64,000 nt of DNA from Giardia intestinalis. Its lineage: Eukaryota. How positions within the stretch are numbered: position 1 is the first letter of the stretch; each line of letters starts with the position of its first letter. Location of the stretch: the NCBI GenBank assembly GCA_000002435.2, contig CM018793.1. One strand, 5' to 3'. The notes below the pieces were generated by a model, which was not told the DNA's origin, did not search any database, and saw nothing but the letters and a program-made list of their open reading frames with translations. Below are positions 50,175 to 60,823 of the stretch, piece after piece. The translations under genes and the position numbers were made by a program.

Positions 50175-53100
50175 CTAAGAGCTGTGATGAAGAGCATTTG
50201 ATTTGGTCTTCGAATGGCGTGACTTATGAATGTGCGGATGGCCTCCGGGGTTCTTACTGGTAGTTAACTTTCTTAAATGAGCAAGCTCGCTTGATAGAAG
50301 GCTAATGGTTAAGGGAAGCTCCCGCACAACATGATAGATAAAAGTGCTGAGCTGCTCAACATCAAAGTTTGATGAGGCGTGAGCACGTTCTGTGAGCTCA
50401 TATGTCCATCGCTTCACTGCAGCCTTGAACATGCACTGAGTGTCAACATTTCTTTGAAAAATGTTACTGCCAATAAGAAGGATGTGCATGACCTTATCTA
50501 TCCGGCCTCGTAGTATTGAAATAGGGTGATCTAATAGTAGCTCCATCACTCTTTGTGACTGCAACTCCTTTGTAAGATCCACACTATCACTTAACCGTCC
50601 TAGGACTGATTTGTACTCATGTTGAAGCTCAGAAACAAGTTGATCAGTTCCTTGGGAAAGGAACTTATGGACAATCTCGCTTATGCTTCCTTCTCCCCGT
50701 GGAAGTCTGTCAAACAAAAAGTAGGAAAGAATCTTCGGAATGGTGCATGATTCCCAGGTTTGGGGCGAGTATTTGGAGAAGAAGGGAGTCAGCTTAAGTG
50801 TTGTTACGGTCAGCTGGAGCTTCATGTGAGTCACATTGTTGAGCATATCAGTAACCAATCCGTTCGAGATAAGCATATCTAGAAAGTGAAACAATATGGC
50901 ATAATTAGTCAGAGCACCTATCTGTGCAAGGGGATTTGTCTCGTAGATCGACAAGGCTAAATATACACCAAAAACTATGATATCAGGTAAGAGCAGACCA
51001 CATGCTGCCGTAATACCCATGAGGACCAGCATCTCAATGTCAAAACATCGCTTTGTAGGCATGTGGTGGGCGAATATTCTTCCACAAAGCATGCCAAACG
51101 ACTTACACCTGGAGGCCAGTTTAGAGTAGGAGCGAGGCCCCATCACCGGGAGCCCATCAGTATCGGTAATCTGCAGGCCTGCAGTTTGTGCGTCCTGATC
51201 AGTTGGTTTCATGAGGAGTAGAGGCAGTTTAGAGATGGATTTGTTATTCTTGTTACCAATGTACTGTTTGAAAACGCCATGAATGAACAGATACCGCGGT
51301 ACCAACGAGTAAAGCATCGGTAACAGCGTTGTCTGCGTATAATAGTGACACATATCTCCGTACGACATGCCACATTGGGTGTTTCCGATTGTCCTAACAT
51401 TGCTCCCATTGCTCTCCTTTTGTTTCTGGATATGGGTCTGGATAGGAACACCTTTTGTGTCAGAGACCTTGGATATCATTCTCTCTAACATGCCCGGGAT
51501 GCTGTAGAAGTGAGGCGCGTTGGAAGAGAGCAAAGACCCGGCGTAGCCAGGATTTGCAAAGGTATATGCTTGCCTAAATGCATAGTACTCATTATAACTG
51601 CTATAGTACTTAGTTGTCTCGCCAAGCTTAGCACAATCTTGCGTTGCTGAATCGTAGAAAAACTTGTGAACATATGATAAAAACACCTTGATTGGCTGGG
51701 AATATATCTCTGAGGCTCTAGTCAGTGCCCCATATAGGAAAGCAATGGCTGGAATGGCGTCTTCAGAGCTCGCAATCTTCTCAATGGTGTCCAGCGTAAA
51801 TTGCGCTAAGAACCACAAAGGATTAATAGATATGTAAGCACCAGACATAAACTCTGCACCTATCTGGGTAGAGTTAGAGATGGTGAAGAGATTTGCATAC
51901 TCTATCAGCATGTTTTCAAAGTTAGCTGAGGGGACTGTGGAACGTATTGCTAGAGTAAAAATATGCGATTCCTGATCGAGGAAAGAGAAAAAAGAATGCT
52001 TAGAGGTGCAGGAAGGCGGGTCCTGCCAACAAAAAGACAAGTCCGCACACTTAGAAAAGCGCGACCTGACCGCCTCTTCGTAGATTGATAAGAAATCCTC
52101 GGACGCATCTTCAAGCGAGTCCTTAAGCGAGAGACAGCCCATTTGCAGATGGTAGCCAGCATGGATGTACTGTCGTTCAGAGAACTCACTTTCTCGAAGT
52201 TCCTCCATGATAAACCTACAATTGGCATTTAACATAGGAAAATCCAGCGAAAAGGCCGCCGCGATATCTGTTGGCAAAGAGCTGGACTTCTGATTGCCAA
52301 GTCCTTGATCATAGATAGCCTTCATATGTTCTTTAACCCAGAAGAGATTGGATGTAAAGCGGCCGGAGAACAGACCAGAATCACCAAAGAACCAATTCCG
52401 AATGCGAAAGGTGTCTTCTTCCAGACGCTGGACCTTTCTGGCAAATGCATTGAGACTGGAAACGCTTTTGCTGAAATTAGAAACAAGTTCCCGTATGCGC
52501 AAAAGGTTATCCACTGCTTCCTTCTGCCCAGACTCATCAATCTCCTTCAAGAGCTGGGCTAGATTGTTGCTGTGCTCAGCACGCCTTATAACCAGAGCTT
52601 CCTTTTTGCTTTCAAGGCTGTTCAGACACCCGTTTACCTGATCGCATTGTAGATCGCTATAGATCTGCATCGGGCCTGTGGTCGTTGTGTAGTGAGTAGG
52701 ACAATTGTTGAGTTCGGTAATTTTGTGATCTATGTCTTGCAGAGTGATCTTGATGGAGTCAACCTTATCTCCTAATAGACTAGTCTTTGTAGTGATTATA
52801 TTTTTGAGGGGATTGGTCGGTTCAGATAAGTTTTGTGTACGCAAATTGTGGATCTGCGTGTTGACAACTTTCTGGAGAGCATCTACTAGGGATGATAAAG
52901 CAGAAGAATCAAGGGCTTCTGGCCCGTTGAAAGCAGAATCAAATTGAGGAAGTTCTACAGAAAGGTCTATCAGAGCGCTCCCGATAGTCTGGATAGATAA
53001 TAGTAGCTGCTTCTGCTCTAAGAGAAGCTCTTTCTTCCTGGCGTTAAGAACTATAATTGACTGGTGAAGAGAAGCGTAAAGCATGGTCATAAACCACGAG

Positions 53101-56100
53101 TACATTCCTGAGTCAACAGAACCGCCCTCCAAAAGCATGCTATTCATCATTGGAAGAGGCGAGAGCAGAAGGTTGCACTTAACCACTATCAAAGTAATGA
53201 CAGAGCAGATCCGCTCCCGTGTTTCTGTTTTCTTTTCAGTGACAAGGAAGAGCATAAGCTCTCTGACCACTTGTAAAACGCAGAGGTAGCCATGAAAGTA
53301 CCCGAAGGGCTCAATGCGATCAGAACCAGTACACGATTGAAATTGATGCGAAATGGCTTCCTCATCATTTTTGAAAGGTGGCGACTGTTCTGAAGAGCAT
53401 CCAATAGAGTTCTTGACGCTTGGTGATGCCCCCGTCTGAGAGGCAGGAACAGCAGTCTTCTGAGATGGCTTGGAGGTCAAAACGCCACTACAACTGTAAG
53501 CAATTGAGAAAGCCGTGTCTGAGAGGAGTAGTCTACTCTTCACCTCCCTTGGAAAACAGGAGTCGACCAGTGCAGCAACAAGAAAGGTGGGATCAGCACC
53601 ATAGGTAATGAGACAGTACATAAAGTCACTGGCCACCTTCTTATAGTGAGACGTAGACAAAATAGAACCATAGACTATATGTCCCGATATTCTATGGAGG
53701 TGAGTAGTAACATTCGGAACAGCCAATAATGAAAGATGAGACCCCAAGGCTGTCACCAGCGTTTTTGTCTCCAGAAAAGGAGGATAGCTAGCAGAGAAGA
53801 AGGCGCTGATTGGAGCCGCCTCCTTCACAGTGCCCATCCACGGTAGCGTATAGACAAGCTCATAAATGGATAAGAGAATCTCATAAGGAAGACGCGTGCT
53901 TGAAGGGCCGGTTCCATCCCCATCAAGAGATTTATTCAACGCCTTAAGAAACTCATTGCAGAACTCAGGGCCTTCTCTGAAGGTCCTGTATGCCAGAATA
54001 AACGTTATGTTAATGTGAGCATGCATTTTGTTTGCCACAAAGAAGAGCTCCGCTCCAGTGCACTCGTTGATGTAGAAGGATAGCATATCAATGTCTTGTA
54101 GAAACACCAGGGTATCTATTGTTCGGTATTTGAGAAAGCCAGCAGGTGCCTCAGCTGCCGGGTTAGGCAAAGGAAAAAGCAACCTAAGAATATACACATC
54201 AAGAAGATAACCTGTACGTATCAGGCTTTGAAGGCATGAGTTGGCTATAAAGATACGAGCGTCTCCGTGATTTGGCTCACAAAGGGGCTCCACCACAAAT
54301 GAATCAAAAATGTACAACAGGCCTGGAATAAACGATGTGCAGGAAGGCTCTTGGTCCTTGTGTGTGTCGGTGAGAACAATTGTTTGCTCAATGATAAGCT
54401 TTCTCATAGAGCGAAAGCCCTGCTTCAGCAGTAGCAAAAGAAATCCATATGGGACCATAAAAAGGATGTCCATGATGGACCGATGTAGAAGGGTCACAAC
54501 ATCGTCAGCGCCGCTTCCGCTGCTCGAGAACGACAAGCGCATGAAGGAAGGGAGCTCCCTAAGTATCTCTGAATACGCACTGAAGAAGTTAATGATCGGG
54601 GTGCTGAAAGTGTTATTTTGAGCATATGACGACAGCAGTTTACGCTCAATACAACCAGAATATGAAGAAAGAAGAGAAGACGGGACCAGAGGGTGGTTTG
54701 CGGTTGACAAAAACATGAGCGAGAGCAGGAGCAGCATAAATGAGTAGAAGAGTGGAGTTCTAACAGTTATGCTGGAAAGAAGATTCCAATCCACAGGTAA
54801 ATCTAGTGCAGGGGATTGAGCAGCAATAAAAGCCTCCTTTGCACACATGATAAGATTTCCTTTCATGTCCTGCTTGCAGCACCAAATGAAGAACGACAAA
54901 AGATCAAAGGATAGAGCAGAAGTAATGTGTCGTTTGGCTAAGGCAAAAGACATGATCATGGACAAGGTATCCAAGAGTAGTGGTTGTCCGAGTAGGGTAT
55001 ATAGTACAGATACTGACAGAGAAATAAAGGCATCTTCAGAAATATCTTCAGCCCAGAGACCGGGAATTATAGGAATATCTAGGTGACCACCGTACCCATT
55101 CTCCACTCGAAAAGTCGGGAGAACAAGCTCTGGTGTAGTGTATATGAATAGCTCGTCGATGTTATCGTAAATTCTTGTGGCTTCTTCTGTGTGTGCATCA
55201 GCCTTGATTGCTAAACCTTTGAAGGCGAACAACTCAGAACAATTAGCCGACTCAATTGGGGATTGCTTTTTATAGTTAATATGCTTCTGAAGTAGTAAAT
55301 TATCCGTCTCAATTCCGTTGTCGTAGATATTAAGTCTTTCGCTATAGGAGCTAACAGAACTGTATGCGTTTGCCAAAAGATTAGCAGAGGATGAAAGTGA
55401 AGCTACTTTACCGAAGGTTTTGATAAGGAGCCAGTTTGCAGCTTTTCGATACTTCTTGACCCGTATCTCACCGTTGGATGAGGTGGGGTCTGTGATCTCT
55501 GTGGAGAAGAGATGCCAAACGATGCGATGAACGGCTTCCTCAGATACCGTGTAGGTGCACCGGTCTGCTGAAAACTGCGCCCAGATCGCTCTTTCAACTA
55601 TGAGGTCGGCAGTATCCTGCAATAGTTTAAATATCTCACTGTCGCTGCGACCATCTTCACGCAAGTAAGAGCAGGCTTGCTGCAATAATGGCATATATGC
55701 AGGTGAATACAACTTCCTCGCTGTTACTTCTTCTTTCAGGAAAACAACGGCTTGAACGTGTGCCTTTTCATATTTATCTTCGTTCAAATCAAATGAGAAG
55801 TTGATAAGCGTACACACTCGGGCCAGGACAGTGCGAAAGAGGTGGGCAAAAAGTGTGAAGTATGTCTGATAGCCCCGTGTGATCTCCTTTGAGGCTTCAA
55901 AGGAGGAGATGTAAGAATACACGCTAGTGAGTACAGCAGATGGGGATCTAATAAGGAGAATCTCACATAGGTCCTGGGCATTTTGATAACTTGGCGACGA
56001 ATCCGAAAAAGCCTCCGCAATTACGTCAGAGATTATTGATTCGTCAGCTTGCATTGCAGTCAGCACTATCTCTGCAACTTGAGAGTAGTGGTACACAGCA

Positions 56101-56132
56101 AGCAACTGCATCCATGAGCGTCTATGTGACAT
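50175..56132 (-). CDS. very large hypothetical protein, 1985 aa, helical with several hydrophobic transmembrane-like segments
   Basis: Track ORF starts at a GTG (56300); the first ATG is at 56132 ('ttttaaaaggaATGtca'). A single uninterrupted ORF of ~6 kb. Hydrophobic stretches ('LFYSFMLLLLSLMFLSTA', 'MVPYGFLLLLLKQGF', 'MGITAACGLLLPDIIVFGVYLALSIY'). No enzymatic motif recognised. Confidence 0.65.
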   Translation of the reverse strand: MSHRRSWMQLLAVYHYSQVAEIVLTAMQADESIISDVIAEAFSDSSPSYQNAQDLCEILLIRSPSAVLTSVYSYISSFEASKEITRGYQTYFTLFAHLFRTVLARVCTLINFSFDLNEDKYEKAHVQAVVFLKEEVTARKLYSPAYMPLLQQACSYLREDGRSDSEIFKLLQDTADLIVERAIWAQFSADRCTYTVSEEAVHRIVWHLFSTEITDPTSSNGEIRVKKYRKAANWLLIKTFGKVASLSSSANLLANAYSSVSSYSERLNIYDNGIETDNLLLQKHINYKKQSPIESANCSELFAFKGLAIKADAHTEEATRIYDNIDELFIYTTPELVLPTFRVENGYGGHLDIPIIPGLWAEDISEDAFISLSVSVLYTLLGQPLLLDTLSMIMSFALAKRHITSALSFDLLSFFIWCCKQDMKGNLIMCAKEAFIAAQSPALDLPVDWNLLSSITVRTPLFYSFMLLLLSLMFLSTANHPLVPSSLLSSYSGCIERKLLSSYAQNNTFSTPIINFFSAYSEILRELPSFMRLSFSSSGSGADDVVTLLHRSIMDILFMVPYGFLLLLLKQGFRSMRKLIIEQTIVLTDTHKDQEPSCTSFIPGLLYIFDSFVVEPLCEPNHGDARIFIANSCLQSLIRTGYLLDVYILRLLFPLPNPAAEAPAGFLKYRTIDTLVFLQDIDMLSFYINECTGAELFFVANKMHAHINITFILAYRTFREGPEFCNEFLKALNKSLDGDGTGPSSTRLPYEILLSIYELVYTLPWMGTVKEAAPISAFFSASYPPFLETKTLVTALGSHLSLLAVPNVTTHLHRISGHIVYGSILSTSHYKKVASDFMYCLITYGADPTFLVAALVDSCFPREVKSRLLLSDTAFSIAYSCSGVLTSKPSQKTAVPASQTGASPSVKNSIGCSSEQSPPFKNDEEAISHQFQSCTGSDRIEPFGYFHGYLCVLQVVRELMLFLVTEKKTETRERICSVITLIVVKCNLLLSPLPMMNSMLLEGGSVDSGMYSWFMTMLYASLHQSIIVLNARKKELLLEQKQLLLSIQTIGSALIDLSVELPQFDSAFNGPEALDSSALSSLVDALQKVVNTQIHNLRTQNLSEPTNPLKNIITTKTSLLGDKVDSIKITLQDIDHKITELNNCPTHYTTTTGPMQIYSDLQCDQVNGCLNSLESKKEALVIRRAEHSNNLAQLLKEIDESGQKEAVDNLLRIRELVSNFSKSVSSLNAFARKVQRLEEDTFRIRNWFFGDSGLFSGRFTSNLFWVKEHMKAIYDQGLGNQKSSSLPTDIAAAFSLDFPMLNANCRFIMEELRESEFSERQYIHAGYHLQMGCLSLKDSLEDASEDFLSIYEEAVRSRFSKCADLSFCWQDPPSCTSKHSFFSFLDQESHIFTLAIRSTVPSANFENMLIEYANLFTISNSTQIGAEFMSGAYISINPLWFLAQFTLDTIEKIASSEDAIPAIAFLYGALTRASEIYSQPIKVFLSYVHKFFYDSATQDCAKLGETTKYYSSYNEYYAFRQAYTFANPGYAGSLLSSNAPHFYSIPGMLERMISKVSDTKGVPIQTHIQKQKESNGSNVRTIGNTQCGMSYGDMCHYYTQTTLLPMLYSLVPRYLFIHGVFKQYIGNKNNKSISKLPLLLMKPTDQDAQTAGLQITDTDGLPVMGPRSYSKLASRCKSFGMLCGRIFAHHMPTKRCFDIEMLVLMGITAACGLLLPDIIVFGVYLALSIYETNPLAQIGALTNYAILFHFLDMLISNGLVTDMLNNVTHMKLQLTVTTLKLTPFFSKYSPQTWESCTIPKILSYFLFDRLPRGEGSISEIVHKFLSQGTDQLVSELQHEYKSVLGRLSDSVDLTKELQSQRVMELLLDHPISILRGRIDKVMHILLIGSNIFQRNVDTQCMFKAAVKRWTYELTERAHASSNFDVEQLSTFIYHVVRELPLTISLLSSELAHLRKLTTSKNPGGHPHIHKSRHSKTKSNALHHSS

Positions 56133-56194
56133 TCCTTTTAAAAACTTTGTTTTCGTTTTTTCCTTTGACAGCTTAAAGATCTCTCTTCTTACCG

Positions 56195-58024
56195 ATGACT
56201 GAAATACTGCTTTACCAAGAAGCAGAGGAGTTTGTTCGAAGTTTGCAGTCTTTTGACATATACAACGTGGGTAGCAGAGAGTGGCATGCCCAGCACACAC
56301 GTCTTGTCAAACTGAACATGCAAACCCACCAGAATATGATGTTTAATCGTGAGGACTATGTTGCTGATCTTATGAACACGTATAGGAAATGGGATGTCAT
56401 CATTTCTGACCTTATATGCATACACTTGTTTAAAATTCACGTCTTTCCAGCCATTGTTGCAAACCTAAAGCAACGGCACACAGATGAACCTATTCGCCCA
56501 GACCTTGAGCCATGCATGGCACATTTTCTGTACGATCTTTTATTCCATGAGGTCGTACTGGCGGAATTTTTGGCATCTACTTGCCTTGACAAGCTTCCAG
56601 AAGCAGAGCACCTCGACGACCTTGTGGACTGGTGCGTATATCATATTACAAATTTGATTTCAAAAAAATTCACCAGATTGCCCTGCGCCGGGAAAGACAA
56701 TTCAGAAAAAAAATCAAAACTTGATCCACGTTTTCCCACATCGGAGCTAAGTGCTGCAGTTTCCCAGGGACTTCGTGACCGTTTAAAACAGCAGGCTCAA
56801 GACTCTAGCAAATCCATGCTTGAAATTGCGCAGCATCTAGAAAATAGCATTCTGGGCTTTTTTGACCAGTTGGTAGAGAATGATGTTTCTATTAATTACA
56901 ACACATCCCTGACTGTTCTATCCTTGCTGCGAGGCCTACTCTTTCACAAGCTCCCCATCTCCCTTCAGTCAAAGCTCAAAGCCACTAGGATATCGGTACT
57001 TGTTGCACAGCTCCTTACCAAGAATGTCGCTGCGCTCTATGGAAATATTGCGCCGTGGCAACGAATGCTTAATGACAGGTCCCTAGAGTACTGGGACGGA
57101 ACATCCTGGTACAAGTATGCCACCAATGAAGAATCTAATTATAAGCTGACCGTGATGGAAGCTCAGGTTTGGCTAATCCTTCTAGAAGCTAGAGCAAACA
57201 TCCCCGACCAATTCACACAAAACGAGTTGTCTGTCTTCGATTCCATAAAGGGACGGCTCAATGAAACTCTTGTCAGCCAGCTCCCTGAGTTGAAAGAGTA
57301 TAGGCTTTACCTAGAGCAGCTGATTCTTCAGGGTGCCCAACAAGAAGCTAGTTCAGTGCTTGCCAAACAGCAGCAAAAGATACGCGAACAATACGGTCTC
57401 GCAGATGACTTTACTCTGGCTTCCGATGCACAGTTATATTCTCCAGGAGCTATTCTTGTTCAAACAGCCAACTATTACGAGTCCGAGCTCACCCTTAAAG
57501 TACGTTATTGGTATCAAATGCATACAAAGGCGCACACAAAAGGAGAGGTAGCAAAAACAGGGCCCACATTTATTACAGACATGACTGATAAGGAAGAAGA
57601 GTCCATAGGAACCTCCGTCACTTCATTTGAAGCCCTCTCGCAAGTCATCAAACAAGCAATGTATGATGCTCTTGCAGAAGAGTATGTAAGACTGATGGGG
57701 ACGCTTAGGGTGGAAGACATAGCAGATACTAGTTCCACAGGGGTGTATCTAGACCACTATAGCAGCGTGTTTCCTGTCTGTACCAACTGTGGGGTACTTG
57801 CACGCAACAGGTGTTCTCGATGCCACAACGTTTGGTACTGTGGAAGAAAATGCCAAAAGATAGACTGGGTTGCCGGGCACTCCAAAGTATGTAAGCGGCA
57901 AGATATACCGAAGTCTGACATAATAATGCAAAAGAAAGAAGAGACAGAGCAGAAGAAAGGCATAGAGGGAAACCCCGAGTACGTAGAAGAGGAACAGATA
58001 AATCCCTTTGATCAGCCAGACTAA
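56195..58024 (+). CDS. ZMYND10: ZMYND10/DNAAF7-like dynein arm assembly factor with C-terminal MYND zinc finger, 609 aa
   Basis: N-terminus 'LLYQEAEEFVRSLQSFDIYNVGSREWHAQHTRLVKLNMQ...KIHVFPAI' parallels human ZMYND10 '[39 protein letters not shown]...KQKVFPVF'. C-terminal MYND finger 'CTNCGVLARNRCSRCHNVWYCGRKCQKIDWVAGHSKVC' parallels '[37 protein letters not shown]'. Confidence 0.75.
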   Translation: MTEILLYQEAEEFVRSLQSFDIYNVGSREWHAQHTRLVKLNMQTHQNMMFNREDYVADLMNTYRKWDVIISDLICIHLFKIHVFPAIVANLKQRHTDEPIRPDLEPCMAHFLYDLLFHEVVLAEFLASTCLDKLPEAEHLDDLVDWCVYHITNLISKKFTRLPCAGKDNSEKKSKLDPRFPTSELSAAVSQGLRDRLKQQAQDSSKSMLEIAQHLENSILGFFDQLVENDVSINYNTSLTVLSLLRGLLFHKLPISLQSKLKATRISVLVAQLLTKNVAALYGNIAPWQRMLNDRSLEYWDGTSWYKYATNEESNYKLTVMEAQVWLILLEARANIPDQFTQNELSVFDSIKGRLNETLVSQLPELKEYRLYLEQLILQGAQQEASSVLAKQQQKIREQYGLADDFTLASDAQLYSPGAILVQTANYYESELTLKVRYWYQMHTKAHTKGEVAKTGPTFITDMTDKEEESIGTSVTSFEALSQVIKQAMYDALAEEYVRLMGTLRVEDIADTSSTGVYLDHYSSVFPVCTNCGVLARNRCSRCHNVWYCGRKCQKIDWVAGHSKVCKRQDIPKSDIIMQKKEETEQKKGIEGNPEYVEEEQINPFDQPD

Positions 58025-58131
58025 CGAACAATCAAGGCTTGTTGCATGTAAATCCCCCTTTGGAGCTTTAGAATGGCACGGTTTGGTTCCTGAATCAGGC
58101 TTTAACGCAGCAGAGCTACATACCTGACATC

Positions 58132-59910
58132 TTAGGTAACGCGGCTGACTGGCTGAGAAATGGATACAGTTGTACGGAGATAGATAAAGAGTGTATGATC
58201 TTCTGAGTTCTGAAGATGGAGCGACAGCCCAGGCATCCCTTTATAGCAAAAGTCATGTCTTTTTATTGCTGGCGTGGAGCAGAAGAACAGTGCATTCCAT
58301 GGATCGTGTGTTTCTATGTATTCTGCTCCTGGTGGCGTAAGTCGATATGCATTGTAGCCATAGATGTAGCTACCCCAATGACAATTTATCGGTCGGTACA
58401 GTACATTCTGGAGAAAGCTAACTGTGGCTTCATATCCTCTACGCAACGCTTCCTTGTAGTCTGCCTCTATAATGCATAAGGTGCGATGCTGGTTGATATG
58501 CTCTTTGCTGTGCTCCACTCCTGCGGTGTGCGTTGGTATGTCTATTATGTCATAGTGAGACTGATTGCAGAAGTGATTAGTTAGGATGGTATCGCTAATA
58601 AGTGTAAGAAGGCAAAAGACTAGCATACCGTTGAGCTCAATACACTGAACGTATCCGTCTGGTGGTATCAGTTCTGGAGCAGCTAGGTATACCTTATGGA
58701 ACGGCCCTATTTGAGAGGGGGGTATCGTGGTGACGGTGCTAGTATTCTGCTTTTCTTCTTCTAGAACTCTTCGCATTGTGGCAAGAAATTTCTCTGCCAC
58801 TACTTTATTCCTACAGAGAAGCGCTTGGACAACTGCATCGCAAGTTTCATCGATGATATTGAGATAGGGAGAAAATGAAAGCTGGGTGTTTCTCTCCTCT
58901 ATTGCAAGATTGACGGTGTGCTGCTTGAGTCTAGCAGTCTTAATTTGCTGTAAATCCTGATTGTCAAGCCATGCTGCCTCATCGAATGCTCTACACACAA
59001 TATGAATTTGACTGGACAAGGGTGCTGCTCCAGGTAGGAACTTCACCGGCTCGACCAACAGCGAGGTTCCAAAAACTAAACCCAAAGTGTAGGGATTGAC
59101 TCTATCTGATAGAGAATTGACTGTATCGCTTTGAAGATCTATATCCTCATCATAGCAAACAATTCCTGGCTTAATCGCTGAGCCACAATTTTCGCAGGCG
59201 GCTACAGAGCCATCACGTATAGCTTGGAGGACAACCTCTGGAAGGCAGGAACGCCCACATGCCAAGCAGGCGCCCGGGTTACTAAGAGATCCGTGTACCT
59301 GCTTGACATCTACAACCTCGCTGAGCCCCACGCCACGTTCCAGTTCATCAATGTTCTGGGTCAAAATAAGCTTCAGGATCCCCTCGTCTGCAAGGAAGCG
59401 AAGAAAATAGTGTGTAAGCGAAGGCCTGATGTTAGATATAAACATTATGCTTTCGTGGTATTCCCTCAGAACACTATAAACAACAATGGGATTTTGAATA
59501 ATGCCCCGTAAACCAAGGGCATATCTTAAGAAGAAATCATCGTCAGAAGGGTCGGCAACCTCTTGCTGGAGTGCATAGACAAGAAGGGGATAAAAGTGCT
59601 GCACCCTTCTGAAGATGGATCCTGATGAGCGAAATGCAGAAAGACCAACAGCTGTACTAACTCCTGCCCCGAGTATGCAATACGCTTTGGGCTTGGGGGC
59701 GCCCTCACCGGGGAAAAGGGCGGCATATAATAAATCAATCTTGTAGTTCAAGAATGAGTTTTCCGACTCTAAGGAGAAAGACTCCAGAAAAGGAGGCTTA
59801 AGTTGCCGTATTTCAGCCCTCTGTAGTGTGAACACTTTGCTCAGGACCTTGCCCAGGCCTTTTTCTTTACTACGGCGCTCCTCAAGCCGTCTGTCCTCTT
59901 CTATCTGCAT
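58132..59910 (-). CDS. NAD-dependent protein deacetylase, sirtuin (Sir2) family, 592 aa with ~260-aa C-terminal extension
   Basis: ATG at 59910 ('ttttcaaaaaATGcag'). 'GAGVSTAVGLSAFRS' (the GAGIS..GIPDFR motif), 'LTQNIDELERGVGL' (TQNID.L), 'HGSL..C..C', the Zn tetrad 'CLACGRS...CENCGSAIKPGIVCYDEDI', 'GTSLLVEP'. The extension after residue ~330 has scattered Cys/His but no recognised domain. Confidence 0.85.
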   Translation of the reverse strand: MQIEEDRRLEERRSKEKGLGKVLSKVFTLQRAEIRQLKPPFLESFSLESENSFLNYKIDLLYAALFPGEGAPKPKAYCILGAGVSTAVGLSAFRSSGSIFRRVQHFYPLLVYALQQEVADPSDDDFFLRYALGLRGIIQNPIVVYSVLREYHESIMFISNIRPSLTHYFLRFLADEGILKLILTQNIDELERGVGLSEVVDVKQVHGSLSNPGACLACGRSCLPEVVLQAIRDGSVAACENCGSAIKPGIVCYDEDIDLQSDTVNSLSDRVNPYTLGLVFGTSLLVEPVKFLPGAAPLSSQIHIVCRAFDEAAWLDNQDLQQIKTARLKQHTVNLAIEERNTQLSFSPYLNIIDETCDAVVQALLCRNKVVAEKFLATMRRVLEEEKQNTSTVTTIPPSQIGPFHKVYLAAPELIPPDGYVQCIELNGMLVFCLLTLISDTILTNHFCNQSHYDIIDIPTHTAGVEHSKEHINQHRTLCIIEADYKEALRRGYEATVSFLQNVLYRPINCHWGSYIYGYNAYRLTPPGAEYIETHDPWNALFFCSTPAIKRHDFCYKGMPGLSLHLQNSEDHTLFIYLRTTVSISQPVSRVT

Positions 59911-59965
59911 TTTTTGAAAACTTTAAAAGTACCACGCATCCAGTGATTGTGTTTAAGTTTCTGCA

Positions 59966-60655
59966 ATGCGTTCATATCTCGGCTTGCGTGTTCTCGCAGG
60001 AGATTCTCTCAGCTCTACTGAAGATATCTTACAGGCCGTTACAGCGTCGGTTGGGTGCGAGTCCGACGATATTGATCTATTTGTGCTAGAAGAGGTTTCG
60101 GGCGCAAATTCCGATGACCTGGTTCTAAATGATGAACTGTACTGCGTGGTTCCGATCGACAGCGAGTTCTACACGGTCGAGGGCGTAGCACAAAGATTAG
60201 CTCAAGCCCACAGTGCTGCCCAGGAGTCGGACCCTGTTAGCTCCTTCGTAGTGTCTCACATCAGCCCGTCTATTGAAGACATGCCGTCATTAACAAGTCA
60301 ACTAGAGTCCAGCGCACAGGTAGATGAGATGCGCAACGCGATGACCTTGCTGTCACTCTGCGAACGGTACAACTCTAAGGCAGAGAACATGAAGGTTATG
60401 GCTGACATAGTCATCAGCCAACTCATCAACATGCAGCTGCACGTGGAGGCAGGGGTCCTCTCCGTGCGAGCTGCTTTCAAAGCTGCAGATGTCTCCATGT
60501 GCCTTAACAAGCTAGACACAGAGGCTCCGTTTTCTGCGGCAAAAAGGGTAGAAAATCAGAGTCGACTCGCTAGGTTGATTGACTCTGAGCGAGGAGAGTA
60601 TAGGGACCTTATGTCTCGTTTGGAGGTCTACAGAAAGAGGCTGCTATCTATCTGA
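59966..60655 (+). CDS. hypothetical protein, 229 aa
   Basis: ATG at 59966, 55 bp from the divergent sirtuin start. Acidic, S/A/E-rich N-terminus and helical C-terminus. No motif. Confidence 0.45.
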   Translation: MRSYLGLRVLAGDSLSSTEDILQAVTASVGCESDDIDLFVLEEVSGANSDDLVLNDELYCVVPIDSEFYTVEGVAQRLAQAHSAAQESDPVSSFVVSHISPSIEDMPSLTSQLESSAQVDEMRNAMTLLSLCERYNSKAENMKVMADIVISQLINMQLHVEAGVLSVRAAFKAADVSMCLNKLDTEAPFSAAKRVENQSRLARLIDSERGEYRDLMSRLEVYRKRLLSI

Positions 60656-60823
60656 ATTTTGTCAAAAAGCTGATTGTAATTACTAACTAAAGCTATCTAC
60701 ACCAAGTGTCCACCGTTCACAGGTTACTTATTTTATTCAGGCATTGATAGTCTACTGTGCCACTTTGTAAACAAGTTGATAGACAAGCTTTCCAATTAAA
60801 ATAAAAATCCCTGCCACCACCCT

